DNA of 64,000 nucleotides from Azolla caroliniana. Its lineage: Eukaryota > Plantae > Polypodiophyta. The position numbers were made by a program, and so were the translations under genes. Numbering within the stretch: position 1 is the stretch's first letter; every line of letters starts with the position of its first letter. Below the pieces are notes generated by a model. It saw only the letters and a list, made by a program, of their open reading frames with translations, had not been told where the DNA came from and did not search any database. Location of the stretch: contig JBHGNT010000010.1 of assembly GCA_043228905.1 (NCBI GenBank), forward strand, positions 6,014,001 to 6,078,000, given 5' to 3'. Shown here piece by piece: positions 25,526 through 39,599 of the stretch.

Positions 25526-25814
25526 GTTATCTTCTTTCATATTTGTTCGTGTCAACAACCATTTTGGTAAAATTTGGCACTTTGTGAAACTATTGGTATT
25601 TTATGTTTGTCTCTTGTCCTTAACTTGAGTGTGGTTAAGCATATCGTTCTTTTTTTAACTAATTATTCATTTTTTATCGTTAATATTCAATTTGTAATAG
25701 AGTAGATGGGATTTATATCCCAAACAAGATAAAAACTTATTATTCCATCAAAAGGTAGTAAGCCACAATATGTTAAGGTAGGCAACAACCTCTTACCCAT
25801 GAGACGTGTATCTT

Positions 25815-27173
25815 TTTTTCTTTCTTTCTTTTCTTTTTTTCCAAAAAAAGAATATACTCCATTAGTTAAAATATGCACAAACTCGATCTCTTTCTCGAGT
25901 AGGCCGTGCCAAGACTATCCTATCCTACATAAGAGATCGTGCTTATTTATCTTACACTTTCACATATGTCTCTAGCCATCCTTTCATACACATCACCTAC
26001 ATTCACTATCCCATATGCCATGTCTTTCACGCCCCTCGTTCAACTATTGGGAGGGGGGAACAACCATTTGGGTACTTCATACTTCCATAGTATATCCATT
26101 CCATTTGTTGCGGCCATCGGTGTAGTACACCATTGCTTTCGAAAATTCAGCCTCATTAGTTCTCCAGCATCATCAGTACCATCAATCTTAGTGTAGTTCA
26201 GTTGTTAGTGTAGTTATTAATGTGTGCCAGATTAGCTTAATCGATTCAGTTGGAGGGCATTTGTGTGCTGAAAATACCCTGGTACACCTTGTTGTCCATA
26301 TACACCATATAGTAATGGGGGCAAGCAACGTCCAAAGATCTCCAAGTTTTTGATTATGTGCACAAGCTGTAGGTACCCTATTGTCAGTGATCAGCCGAAC
26401 AATGCCATTCTCCCTTCTGTACTGAGCATCACATATGTTATCGTATTACGCCACATCATCCTCAAGACAAATCCAGCAAGCATGTCCCCAATTGAGGGTG
26501 AACAAACTAGAGGCATGGCAAATCAAACGTAGTGCCCTTCCCCATACAGCCATTGCCTCATGACATTCCCATAGACAATGGGAAATGCTTTCTATCTGTC
26601 CACATGCAATACATCTAGGGTTTACATTGGGGCCTTTACCCCACATCCCTTCCGACAAGGCTCTATGTGCACTAAGCCATAAACACATCATTATCTTGCG
26701 GTCATATCTGTTATGTCATATCATTTTCCATAATTTATCTACTCTCATTTCACTAATGCCCTCCTATATCCAAAATTTCTTTGCCGCAATCTTGTCATGT
26801 TCTTGTTCTAGAATAATTTGCCTCCCAATCTTCGTGTTATACCTGAAAAATTGAACCAGCTTTTCCCCATCAGTTCGTCCTTGAGTTCTCCAAAAATACA
26901 TCGTTGGGTCCCATGATAGCTTATCCAAATGCCCTTCTATAGGCCAACACATTGTCGCCGGTGTGATCTCCCTTAGCTTAGGGTCAATAATCATATTCTT
27001 GCCATTTTTTGCGATCAGCCTAATCAGCCTTTCTCTTTGAAAGGTTGGTTGCTCAACTCTTACCATTCCGTGCTCTAGTTTGTAGTAGCATACCTCATTT
27101 GATTCTACTTTCATTCCCTTAATGCCAATTAAACAGTTCTCAGCATCTATAAGTCCTGTCCACGCAATTTCAT
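25815..27173 (-). mobile_element. 5'-truncated L1-type LINE, same family as 341-1873
   Basis: ORFs 26446..26691 and 26764..27114 are homologous to the 341-1873 element, with the same 3' UTR end (ttttaactaatggagtatattc). T-rich tail at 25813-25840. TSD GTGTATCTT at 25806-25814 and 27176-27184. Confidence 0.88.
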
Positions 27174-27640
27174 ATGTGTATCTTGTTTTGTTTTAAAACC
27201 TCTTCAATTCATTTACTTTTATCATGACTTGACCAAATAGAAAACATCATAGTCCATGGGTTACATATTTCATTTACCATGTTAAAATCCCTATCCTTTT
27301 TGTGCAACACATTGCACATAAATAGCTCAAGCAAGTATGGGAAGGGGCAGTATTTAGTCACCTTGAAAAGTTTTATTTCTACATGAGAGTTCTACATTAG
27401 GATGCATATCACCAGTTCAGATTCGAGTAGTTTTTTTGTTCTTTGGGGAAGTGTGGATTTTAACATTCATCTCACATCTAAATTGCATTTCATCTTTCTA
27501 ACCTTGTTGGCCATTATTTAGTCCATAGACAATTGAACAAAGTGGGCCATATTAGTAATAATAATGTTTTAGGGAATACTTGTTAGATGCATAACAATAA
27601 CTTACCTTTGTTCATAGTTTTCTATACCCAAAGATAAGAG

Positions 27641-28060
27641 TGTGAGGGTTAATCGAGAATGTAAAAAAAGGAGGATTACTTTTAATCCTAGGGATCGAGA
27701 CAACCCGTAAAGGTCAAGTGTGAACTTGTTTGGGGCCTTAGGTTTGGCTATAAATATGAGGCCTAACAATCCTCGTTGGACACATTATTCGAATAGGTCA
27801 AGACTATAGTTTTTGGTGAGTAGACTCTTGTGACGAGCGCACCAATACGAGGTATGATTAGACTCCATAGTGGTGGTATGGGACGCCATTTTAGGATTAG
27901 GTCCATCTCAATCCCTTCGTTCAAGCGTGGTTGAGTGGATCGGGACCGTTCTTTCTGTCTCTTTCTCATTAATATCTTATTTATTTCCTTATTTTATGCT
28001 TACATTAGAAATAACCTCGAACAATACTAAATTCCAATGTTGCGTAAATCTCTAATTCCA
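27641..28060 (+). repeat. Solo-LTR-like element, same family as 48405-48802
   Basis: Shares ggctataaatatgaggccta, cgagcgcacca, tggtatgggacgcc and atgcttacattag with the reverse complement of 48405-48730. Boundaries approximate. Confidence 0.65.
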
Positions 28061-29274
28061 TATCACTTTGAGCTTGACATCGAGTAACGTCGACTCTAAT
28101 AGGAGAGGGTGGGGATGGGATTTTTTAGAGCCTCCTCTTGTTTTACCACATGTAAGCATCAAATGGCAAAGGACTTCTCATTGAATAAGTTAATGAATAT
28201 CTTCCTCTCATAGTTGAATTCTAGTTCTAATGACTTCCGCATCTTGATTTCTTAATGCATAACTAGCTTGAACCTCATCCAACCTTTTTGAGTTCAGAGC
28301 ATTGTAATGCCATAAATCGCCCCAAGTTGATAGCATTGACGTTCAAAGATTATGTACTTCTAATCCACCTTTGTTTATTAAATAAGAGGGTTTTCTTTGT
28401 TAAAAAACAATTTGCATGAAGCATTTAATGCTTGAAAAGCAATCTCCAAAGTTCAAAGCATATGCAATGTAGAAAATTATTTTGAAATCCTTACTAAATA
28501 TTCAACTAGAAGAAAATAAAATAAAAGGGAAATAGAAATATCCAAATTTTGCATTGACAAGCATCACAAGAAAACATTATGGCTTCTTGGATACATAAAT
28601 GCATTTGATATATTTGACAAAGAAACACTACATTAATATTAACATCAATAATCGAAGGGTTTATTCAAATTGCTTTTGCTCAGAGACTACAGCGAGACCT
28701 AGCAATTGGAATGTCTTTTGTAAACACCCCCCAAATGACAAATGAGCACAACTCATCACACCATTTTTGTATACGTAAATTCAGTTGCACACGTTAATTG
28801 TAAAATGAACAATGGACTAATTGCTTGTAGATTCTGGAGATTCATCCTTTTTAACCTACAATCTCACATTGAGGGTGTTAATTGTGTGGATGGTACAAGA
28901 ATTTAAATGCTTCTTTACATCATACAATTGCATTCATGATATTATTTGAATATCATTGACAAACTCAATCTTTTCATAGTAATTGCATGAAACTTTTACC
29001 ATGGGCGATTGAGAAATATTTTGTGATGACATTATTCTTAGATATTGATTGAGATGTAGTGAATGCATCTTTTGATTCCAACATATTGAATTATGCATGT
29101 AAATGGGATGTGGAGTAGGGATGATGGTCATCCCTCGTTTAAAAATAGGTATTTTAGTCAAAATCATAATAATTGACTGCCTATAGTTTCCCGTGTTATC
29201 ATAAGGGTTGTCATGAACATTGCTAGGATTTCAAACTTTATGCACAACAAACGTGTGCCTACCATAAGCCCACA

Positions 29275-29870
29275 TGTTATGTTTGGACATCCATATTCTA
29301 GGTCACACTACCTATAGAAGAAAATTTGGAGGTAGCTTTTAGCGTTGTGAATCTAAAATAATGGGAGAATCTTGCTAATATAAATATAACAAACATATGA
29401 TGTCTTGAACATCTAGGCAACAAGCGATTTTGGAGTAAGTTGTTTTTATTGTTGAGACAGCATTATTCTCGTTCTATTTTCTCTTGGGGTGCAATATTAT
29501 GGGGTGTCCTTTTATGGAGATGTTATGAGGTATGAAAGTACGCATGTTTCTCATGTCTTTCACTTTTTCCATGGACACCTTGTTATGTTTGGACGTCCAT
29601 ATTCTAGGTCACACTACATATAGAAGAAAATTTGGAGTTAACTTTTAGCGTTGTGAATCTAAAATAATGGGAGAATCTTGCTAATATAAATATAACAAAC
29701 ATATGATGTCTTGAACATCTAGGCAACAAGCGATTTTGGAGTAAGTTGTTTTTATTGCTGAGACAACATTATTCTCGTTCTATTTTCTCTTGGGGTGTCC
29801 TTTATTGAGATGTTATGAGGTATGAAAGTACGCATGCTTCTCATATTTTTCACTTTTCCCATGGACACCT
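29275..29870. repeat. ~306-bp tandem duplication
   Basis: Units 29275-29580 and 29581-29870 are near identical. The second unit lacks 16 bp between tggggtg microhomologies. Confidence 0.92.
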
Positions 29871-32533
29871 CTATCTCACCTCATTTCCATCTTCTATTCG
29901 ACGGTTCAAAATTGAAAATCTGGTTATTTGGCATCCTATTAGGCTCTTTGGATAATATGGAAAGCAAGATGTGGTGTTGTTTTTAACAATGCTCACATAC
30001 ATCTCCGCACCATGCTTATTGCATTCTAGATGTTATTTGTCCACACAATATGTGATCAATATGATGATTTGCAAGGTTCGACTGATGTTCTATGGCAACG
30101 TCAAGTGGCCTTTAAGAAACAATGGCAAGGGCTTCACTTATTTTCGGATACAACTTCTGGTCTAAGGTGGAATTATACCATACCTTCTTTTTTGGTGCAT
30201 AGCTCGTAGTTATTACTCCACTTGTTTCACATATGACATCATCTGTTTGATCATATGCTTATACTAGCCTTTGTATCATAGAACTGAGATGAAAGATCTC
30301 CTTCTATTTTCTCTATGTACAATTCTCAACTAATATATTAAGGTGCATCTATTTATTTATTTTTAAACATCTAGGCAACAAGCGATCTTTTAATAGTAAA
30401 ATCACGATGATAATTTCTACCTAGAAGAGAAGTACAAATGAATAACATTGTATACTTGTCAAATGAAGCAAAGTAGTTTAATATAATTTTGTGGTAGGGA
30501 AGGGTTAGAAACATGATAATCACAATGCAAAACTTACAAACAACTTTTAAACGCCTTGGCATACTAGGTTGCTACCAATAACCCCACTGAACGGAAGGAC
30601 ACATTATCTTATTGTCTATAAACATAATGACACAATTGATACAACCATTTGGAATACAATGGACATACGATTAAATTGTTTATGTCCATGTCTCCCACCC
30701 TCTAACAACAAAAATCAATTGCACCATACCTGAGACATTTTCTCATTTGTAGAACTCATGAACAATAATCGCCTTATTAACTTCATAATCTTATTGCCAT
30801 CCATTGCAATTGTGCATATCCCTTACAACATAGATGCCTTTTTGTGGGTGCACCCCATAAGGATGGTTATCCTATAGGCAATGGATTTTTTTTTTCTTTG
30901 TGAAGATTAGGAGTTTTTGTAATCCCTTTTTTTTGTCAAAATATAGGAATTTCTAGTTTGCTTATTTTATTGTTCAAATTATCCTCGTTGATTTCAATCT
31001 TCTCATAGAATAGCTCATTCCACCTTGTTTTTCTCTTTTTTATCATATAATAAGCACATAAATTCCTTCATATCTTTTTTGGTGTTAGTTAATTCTTACC
31101 ACATCCATAGAGGAGTAATATTTGTGCATTTCAACTTCAGCGTATAAGAATGAACACATCTCATTTAGATCAAACATCGAGACATAACATTATTGATGCA
31201 TCTCGTTTGAGAATAGAAGTTATATCTACACACACATTTTTTATATGCGTTTTTATCTCATAACATGTAACAACATATATGTCCCATCTTAGTCAAACAT
31301 GTAGATATACCTTAACTTAGATGGATCTCATTCTTTGGAGGGTATACATGAAATCTTCTTACACCTTTTTTATGATGTATTTTTGGTCCGTATTAATGTA
31401 CTTTGGCATCTTTTGTGCATGTGTGCGTGTTGCGTGTTGCGTGTGTGTGCGTGTGTGTGATCTCTACAAATCATTAACTTTCTTCTACAAGAACCTTGAT
31501 TGTAGAATATACATATGTTCTTTGAGGTTCTCATGTTAAAAACCTCACATTTTTAAAGATCTCTAAGTATTGCCTTTAAAGTAAAGAGAGGTTGTCCATT
31601 TTGTACTTGTTTCTATCAAGGTGAAAACCTAAGATAATCAAATTTTTCCAAGAAAACATTCATTCAATGTTGCAGTTACAATCTCGTTATTAGCGCCATT
31701 AGGGCCTTATACTATACCTTCCTTTAGATCACATATCAACTACAATGTAGATGTATTAGTGTTGTCAAAAAACCTATTCTTAGTTGGCGTTACGTTATAT
31801 AGGGTAGGGTGACTCTCAAAATTCCTAACGCAAATCCCAATGAAGAGCATCTCTTAGAAGTTATTTGTTTGATCTATAGTGGCACTTACCATATGTGATT
31901 GGGCCGTTTGTGACCCCTATCCTATATTATGATAATTATAACTTTGGTGGTTTACACCTTCCTCTATCTAATTTATCACAAGATTGTTTTGAAAATATTT
32001 ATGACACTTAACATCTAGGTCATACAATCATATACCAATTGCTTCAGTAGTCGTATATTTATTTATTTATATGTCTACAACATATTGCTCATCCACCTAT
32101 GTCGTTTAGTATCATCTACCCTAATAGTAATGAATAATGATCACCACTTACAACCTATGCATTGGTATTGAACTTTGTTAGTTAGAAACACCTTATCATC
32201 CCCTTAATCTTATTTGCACGTCTCTATTGGTGCATTAATGCAATATATAATGATTAAGACATACTTTGTCTTAATGCTCCCTAGTTGGAATATGTACCCT
32301 TTGTTTCCAAATTGGCTATGATTGTTGGTGAAGTAGTGAGTCGCCTCCATTATATTATAATCTATTATAAAAAGGTTGACAACGAATATTGTCTCGCCAT
32401 TATTGACAATGGCAGAGGCCAACTTACTCTTCTAGTAATAACTTCTATTACAAGTGACAAGAGAATGTTAATGTGCAAAATACTTGATGACAATAAATAC
32501 GATTCTTAAATGTGGTCAATGTAGTAGAGGGTC

Positions 32534-32571
<38 letters not shown>

Positions 32572-33164
32572 TTTGGATATGTGTATGAGTGCTTAAAGAC
32601 CACATACACAATTGAGACACGGTCAATGTTTGAACCACATGCCATGGCAAAGTAGTTCATAACCTCCACAATTTCACCCAAAAGAGGAACACTTTCATAA
32701 GGCAAAAAAGCTTGCACAACAAAGCCAAAGGCCTAAGCAACAAACATCATTGTTGTTTGTTTGCGAGAGAAGGTCATGGGATGGGTCACTTGCAGGGTAA
32801 GGCCAAATTGTGTCTTAGGAAGATGGGGTGAGTGAGTGGAGGCATAAGGTGAAACCGTCATATCAACAACATAAGTTGTTTTGTTTGACAAGGAGTTCAT
32901 TGGAGGAGGGATGGGTTTCGCTCCTCAAGGGGGTAAGGGCCAAAAATCGTTACGGGCATATGTTGCTCCTGCTCCTACTCTTGCTCCAATTGTTGTTGGT
33001 GGTTGGTTGTCGTTGTCACGCAAAGGTCAAGGGATGGGACAAACGCCCGAGGACGGAGCCAAAAAAGTCGTGCTCGTTCTGCGGTTATTGCTATAAAGTT
33101 AGAATGGTGGGCGCGTGTGTGGGGCCAAAGATCTCTTCGACACACTACTGTGACATGCCCCTTG

Positions 33165-33197
<33 letters not shown>

Positions 33198-33511
33198 GTG
33201 TTGGTGGTGGCCGTGAGGCACATCATGATGAGCCATGCGTGACCCATAGACACATACATACATTATACATATACATAGTCTATAGATATATATAATATAC
33301 AATAAAACATACATACATACATACATATGTACATACATACATACATATGTACATATATATGTATACATATATATACATATATATATGTGGGCGCCCAAAG
33401 CGTTGACAATAATCTCATCTGACTCTTGCATTTAATGTTTTCTCTTAACTGTCATGCATGTCGTTTGAGTATGGAGATGGCCCAAACAATCACACTATCT
33501 CTGTCTCTCTC

Positions 33512-33560
<49 letters not shown>

Positions 33561-33590
33561 TCCTATATGTATGTATGTATGTATGTATAT
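33165..33590. repeat. Microsatellite cluster (TCTA)n, (TACA)n/(TA)n, (TCTG)n, (TATG)n upstream of STE1
   Basis: Directly visible. Confidence 0.9.
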
Positions 33591-33688
33591 GCCATATCTC
33601 CAAAACCTAAACCCTGAGATTAGCACTCCAGAAAGAAGAAGAAAGGAGCAAAGTACATACTATATACTATACAATTACTGCCACTGCC

Positions 33689-35716
33689 ATGGCTTCTGTG
33701 TATCCTCCTCTAGTAGTGAACTTCACCTCTAATGTTATCTTCTTCTTCTTCCTCCTCCTCCTCTGCCAGCAGCTGCCTTGCTCTGCATCCCTAAACCCTA
33801 AACTGCACAATGCTACCGCCTCATCGCCCGGCAGCCTCTCATTCCCCCCCCTTTCTTCGTCTTCTTCTTCTGAATCTTCTTCTGAATCTTCTGCTTCTGC
33901 TTCAGGATTAGCGGAAGAGGGCGGGCGTTATCATCAGAATGGACAGCTTGCCCATTTTGTGGAGGAGACCTGCTGGTACAATGACCTGGTCCTCGGTCCC
34001 CTGCTGCCCCATCGCCTGAGGTCCACCATCCCTCGCCCTCTCCAGAGCTGGCTGCGCAGCTACATCGCAGGCCTCCTCGTCTACTTCGGCTCTGCTTCCC
34101 TGTGGTGCCTCTACATCTATGGCTGGAAGAGGCATGTCTACTTCCCTGCAGGTAATTCACACCCATCCTGTGTCTAATTGTTTCCACTAACCTCATCTTT
34201 TGTACACTAACCCCTAAACCCTAACCCTAAACTGTAGGTTCAAAACATCACCCCTAAACCCTAAAACTGTAGGTTCAAACATCACCTCTAAACCCTAAAC
34301 CTTAAACTGTGGGTTCAAAACACCACCTCTAATGAATGTGTACATGACACTGCCAAATGTGTTGTCGGATGGCCACCGATCGAAATGTATCCATTGAAAC
34401 CCTACCCAATCCCGAAACCCTAAAACTGCAGGTTCAAAACATCACCCCTAAACCCTAAATTGTGGGTTCAAAACACCATTTCTAATGAATGTGTCGATGG
34501 CACCGCCAAATGTGTCGTATGACCACCGATCATAGGAATGTATCCATCGAAACCTCGCCCAAAGACCATCTTGTTTAATCATCCATAGGTCTTTGGTTCT
34601 CTCATAGGTGTTTAATCATTCACTCAAATGCCCTTTTGAATCTCCCCACTCCTACACCTATAGTGCACTATGTCACATGGTCCTAAGCCCATCCCTAACA
34701 ATCGTGTCATGTTTGTTGGTTATCTCATAGGCTTATCCATGGCACACTCTTAAGTGTTCTCTCATATCCTTCCCATCTCATAATTGTGTTTTTCTTTCTT
34801 TCTTTCGTGGCAATCGCTGGATGGTCCAATTCATCTAGGTGGTGATACCATGCCATCCAAAGAAGCCGTGTTCCTACAAATTTGGGTCAGTATGAAAGCA
34901 ATGCCCATCTATGTCATGTTGCCGGTGTTCTCCGAATACATGGTCGAGAGAGGATGGTCACGATGCTATTCGAGTATACATGAGGTCGGGTTGTTCCGCC
35001 ATGTCATCTCAACGTTTCTATACCTAGCATTGGTCGAGTTTGGAATCTATTGGGTGCACCGACTTCTACACGATTGCAAGGCTCTTTACAAATGGCTACA
35101 TGCAACACACCATATCTACAACAAAGAAAACACACTCTCGCCATTCGCCGGTATGTGCACACTTTTCTTTCTATTTGTTAGAGGATGCCTTCCATTCCTA
35201 TTATCTCCCAGTGGAGTTCTTTGTCATCTTTGTTGTTTGGAAGCTCTCCATCCCCCACAAATCACATTTTGACCTTGAAAAGGTTATGAATACCCCTTGT
35301 TTTACCCAATAAATGAGAGGTGTTGTTCATATGTTGATCTAGACAATTGTACGTCTCTTTTTAGTCCTTAAACTATTTTCATTGTTTATTTGATTTATTG
35401 AGATTTTTGGGCTCTTATAGGATTGGCATTTCACCCACTCGATGGGTTAGCTCAAGCGCTCCCGCATGCGATATTTATATACCTAGTGCCGACCCAATTG
35501 CTCACACATGAGCTCTTATTGTTCATTGAGGGTATATGGACAACAAATATCCACGACTGTATGCATGGGAAGGTGTGGCCTATAATGGGTGCTGGCTATC
35601 ATACTATCCATCATTCGACATACCGCCATAATTATGGACATTATACTATTTGGATGGATTGGATGTTCGGCACCTTGTTGGATCCTTGTGAACCCAAGAA
35701 ATCAAAGTCTTTGTAA
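33689..35716 (+). CDS. STE1: Delta(7)-sterol C5(6)-desaturase (STE1/DWF7), 356 aa, 3 exons
   Basis: join(33689-34151,34839-35150,35421-35716), GT-AG introns in phase 1. [10 protein letters not shown]-terminal motif, His boxes HRLLH, HATHH and HTIHH, plus [13 protein letters not shown] and [16 protein letters not shown]. Confidence 0.95.
34208..34560. repeat. Minisatellite containing CCCTAAA motifs plus ~160-bp duplication in STE1 intron 1
   Basis: ~35-bp unit cccctaaaccctaaaactgtaggttcaaaacatca repeated about 5 times. Block tctaatgaatgtgt...gccaaatgtgt...ccaccgatc occurs twice. Confidence 0.85.
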
Positions 35717-38700
35717 AATCAAGTTGCCAAGTGAATTATTATATATTCTTCAATGATAAATGAATTGCTTTTTGCTAACTATCAGGATTCACAACAAATG
35801 CATAAGTATTGGGTGGCCCCACTATGTCAAGAAATTAATATTCTTTTGTGTTTTTGACGTACTTTTTTCCATATATTGTTTGACATGTATAAAGTCACTC
35901 TCAAAAGTGTAGAGCCCACCTATTCTTGTATAGCTTGTATGATCATAAATGTGCTTCGTAGGAAAGCAGGCTCTTAATCGGAGGCTACCTTATACATAAT
36001 AGAATATTCTTGAAAGTTTCATTCGGGATTGTGGTTAGCATTCCCTTTCAGAGGAAAAGAGTTTTATCCTCATTAAAATATGTAGATAATTTTTTGAATG
36101 TGCTTGCAAAAGTTGTATTTAGGAATGCAACAACATGGTGAGTCATGTGATAATTTCAAATTTCTTGTGTTCAAAGTTGTGATTGAGTAAAGGCAAATGT
36201 TTTAATGGTTATTGCCTCATATGAGTAAAAACTCCCAAATCTTGGCAAATGAGCCATACTCCATCATTGCCTATATATTTTTCTTCAATAGTCAAGAGGG
36301 CCCCATACATTTGAAATAGAGAAATCTAACAAGTCGGTGACATTCCAAGTAGAGAAATGTAGCAAGTTGGGACTCCAACTAGTGTGAAGACATGGCTGAA
36401 TGTAATTATGTCGCCATCATGGTTTTCTCCAAAATCTCAATCTTTGTACCGAAGTGCAAAATATCAAAGCTTGGTATATTTGAGTGTATTGTCTTGTCAT
36501 GGTGTTAAATACCTCGTGAGTGATATGATGTGTGCATTAAGAAAGTATGTGATTTTACGCTTTGTTTTACCACTTCCACAAAATACTATATGTATAGTCA
36601 AATCACCTTCATGATTCATATTTGAAGTAAAAGGGCTTCTACCAAATATTCTCACTTGTCATGCACAATCAACAAATTGTTGTCACTAGATGGATCCTCC
36701 TATATTCCTGGTGTTTTTTCGCCCTTCCGTTATGGCCCAAATACGTATGCCAGAGACATTTTCTCCAAACTACTCAATGCCTCAAAAACTCTTCAAATAA
36801 ACCATATATTGAAGACATAAAGAGTTATTGACATAATAATCTTCTTGAAATCCTTGCAAAATGATTATTGTGTACACTTTTTGGCCTTCGTCTGATATTG
36901 CAAGCTATTACAAGTTACAACATATGAAAGCAAGATAGAATCACACCACAAATAAATTATAACCATCTATTCAAAGCCTCCTACTCAAATCTTGGTTAGT
37001 GTATCCATATACTAATGGAATCCACAACGCTTCAACATGAAATAACATATAGCCGAAGGTTTCATGTGCCTCTACTATCAAATCAGATTTAGGATACATG
37101 CTAATTTTTATGTTTCCCCCTAAAAGATTCTAAAATAACCATCTATAACCTTTTTGTCCATTTCTCGACTCTCATAAAGTGCTCTAATAAACACCACAAG
37201 ATTTCAAACAAACGTTGATGCGATATAGAATACAAAGTGATACCATCAAACTAAATCTCTTTGAAGCATCGTAATGCTTCTTCGTTGAGGTTGAAGACCT
37301 TGATCAATGTATCTAGAAATCAATGCACCCCAAGACAAGCTTTGATGGATGCATACCTTCAAATAGCTCTCTTGCCAAAGAGCCACATTTAGTATACTTT
37401 TCCAATCCCTTCTTTTACATCTCATCACAAATAGTTTGACCCCACGCAATATCCTTTAATGTAGCACAACCTTTCAACATGCCAATTGTTGCATAAGTGG
37501 ATGGATCTATGCCATCTTTCTTCATGTGTTCATACATGATATCCTTAATTACATCTTAATGTTGTTTAATGCGATAAAGCAAGATCAGTACATAAAATTT
37601 GTCAATCATGCCATTCCATAAGGCCATTGATAATCGAGGCATGAGGTACTTTGTGACATTTATGTAACGTACCTATTACTTACATTGTTGCTTGATTACC
37701 TTTCCACGTGTAGGGGCAAATGTATATACAAACTTTTACTATCTTGCATATAATTGCATATGCGACTTTCTTGATGCATTCGTCATAAAAGTTTCTTAAT
37801 TCTATCATAAGAACATGCACACAAGAATATGCTCAGTGTTGGCCAAATCCTGCACCACAAAAACCTAGTATAACTTCATCATTAAAACTTCAAATTCCCC
37901 TTTCTTAATATTAACTTAAAGCCTTTGGTAATGAGGTGAGTGTTGTGGTTAGGCCATTCATCTCGCACGATCTTCAAAACATTGGATCAATTTATAAGAA
38001 GGGCCTTCTGACCATCAAGAATTTTTTCACCTTACGTTGTCCTTTGTCTTCGTAGCATAAATAAAAATTGAGGGTTCATCACAATCAAGGCATGCATTGT
38101 GTTGGTTTCAAGAGGAATAACTTCCCTGGTAAGCTTTTGGTTCGTTTGCTTGTTAGTGCATACCATTGTATAATATACATTGGCAAAACATACTCAATGA
38201 TGCTCTACATGATACATCCACCATGTTTCTTTGATCTATTCCTTTGTCATTGAAAATTACATCGTTAGTTCTCACCACTTTATTAGTTGTGAGATCCTAG
38301 AGCCATAATGCATCTTACTATTGGCCATGCATTTCTTCATATTTTGTTTGAGCTTATAACATAACATTTGCATCGAAATGATCAAGATGGTTGTTGGAAG
38401 ATGAGTGATGTTTCATTTCAAGTTCTTTAAGGATTCCTTCGTCGAGCATCAAGCTTGGTTGATGACATTTACCATTGTTTGATAACTTTGGTGAAAGATC
38501 CATAAGATACGAGTCATAAATATATGAGTGTTTAACTCAAAAATTTCATTAACGTTCAAGATGTTTAAGCATCAAAGGGAAACACCCACACTTATGGCTA
38601 GCGTAATGGATGAAGGCGACTAAGTAAGCAAACCTTGCACAAATTGTTGCGACATGGGATCACACATAAGGCAAATTGCTCCTCATGATGAGTGGTATGA

Positions 38701-39138
38701 TTAGAATGGATGGACAAGGGGTCTATATCTTGAATGATGAGAAGTCAAGAAAGCAAAAATGGTGCATTCATACGAGGGTGCTCATGTCCACTTGATGTAC
38801 GCTAGAGGAATTGATAGGATGAATAATTAGGCATTTGAAGCATTGTACTATGATTGGAAACACCTAAATGTGCTATGATTGGAAACACTTGAATTTTTGT
38901 GGAGGCATAAGTGCGTGAGATTTTAGACGAAGGATGAGTGATATATCAACAATTTCAACCTCTCATTTTCTTTCCCCAAAACGTGGGACCAAACATTAAC
39001 CCAACATGAGCTGGCATCATCGTTCGATGATGTCCTCTCATTTGCGAAGTACAAGCTTCTGTTTGCTAAGGAACTCAAGAGGGAGACCCACCCACTTAGC
39101 CCCCCCAGCCCCGCCCTGAACACACATGCGCGCGCGTG

Positions 39139-39557
39139 TGTTACCAGCCGGCAAGGAGTCCAAAATACGGAGTGAAGGAATTAATTAGATACGGTTGTAA
39201 ATGAGCATAGTGTGGACGGACGGACTGGAAACGGTATGCCGTTCCAGATCCGGACGGATCCCGAATAGGTGCGAGAGGCACCGTTTTGTACTACGGGCCG
39301 GAAACCTATTTAAAGGCCCGGAACCCATTGTAATGAGAGCGGATAATTAATAGAGCTTATGTTGTTTATACTTCTGTCTTGATTTCCGTTCTGTAATTAC
39401 TGTGATATCTTACGCGTGTAATTAACCGAAGCATTCTAATCGTGTAACCTATGTAAGTCGGTGTAATCGTTGAATCTTAATCCTATGCCGTAATCACCCT
39501 TTGGTGAAGTGTCTCCGTGACACCTTGTGTTAGGCCTTGTCCGGCTAGAGAATAACA
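39139..39557 (+). mobile_element. Gypsy solo LTR with 5-bp TSD
   Basis: TGTTA...TAACA termini, GCGTG at 39134-39138 and 39558-39562. Shares atcttacgcgtgta, ctttggtgaagtgtct and tgtgttaggcc with LTR 8684-9066. Confidence 0.92.
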
Positions 39558-39599
39558 GCGTGCGCAAGCACGCATAGACACAAACTCAGACACACACAA

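Noticed and set aside
32828-33295. ORFs upstream of STE1
   Set aside because: They run into microsatellites and have no domain or splice support.
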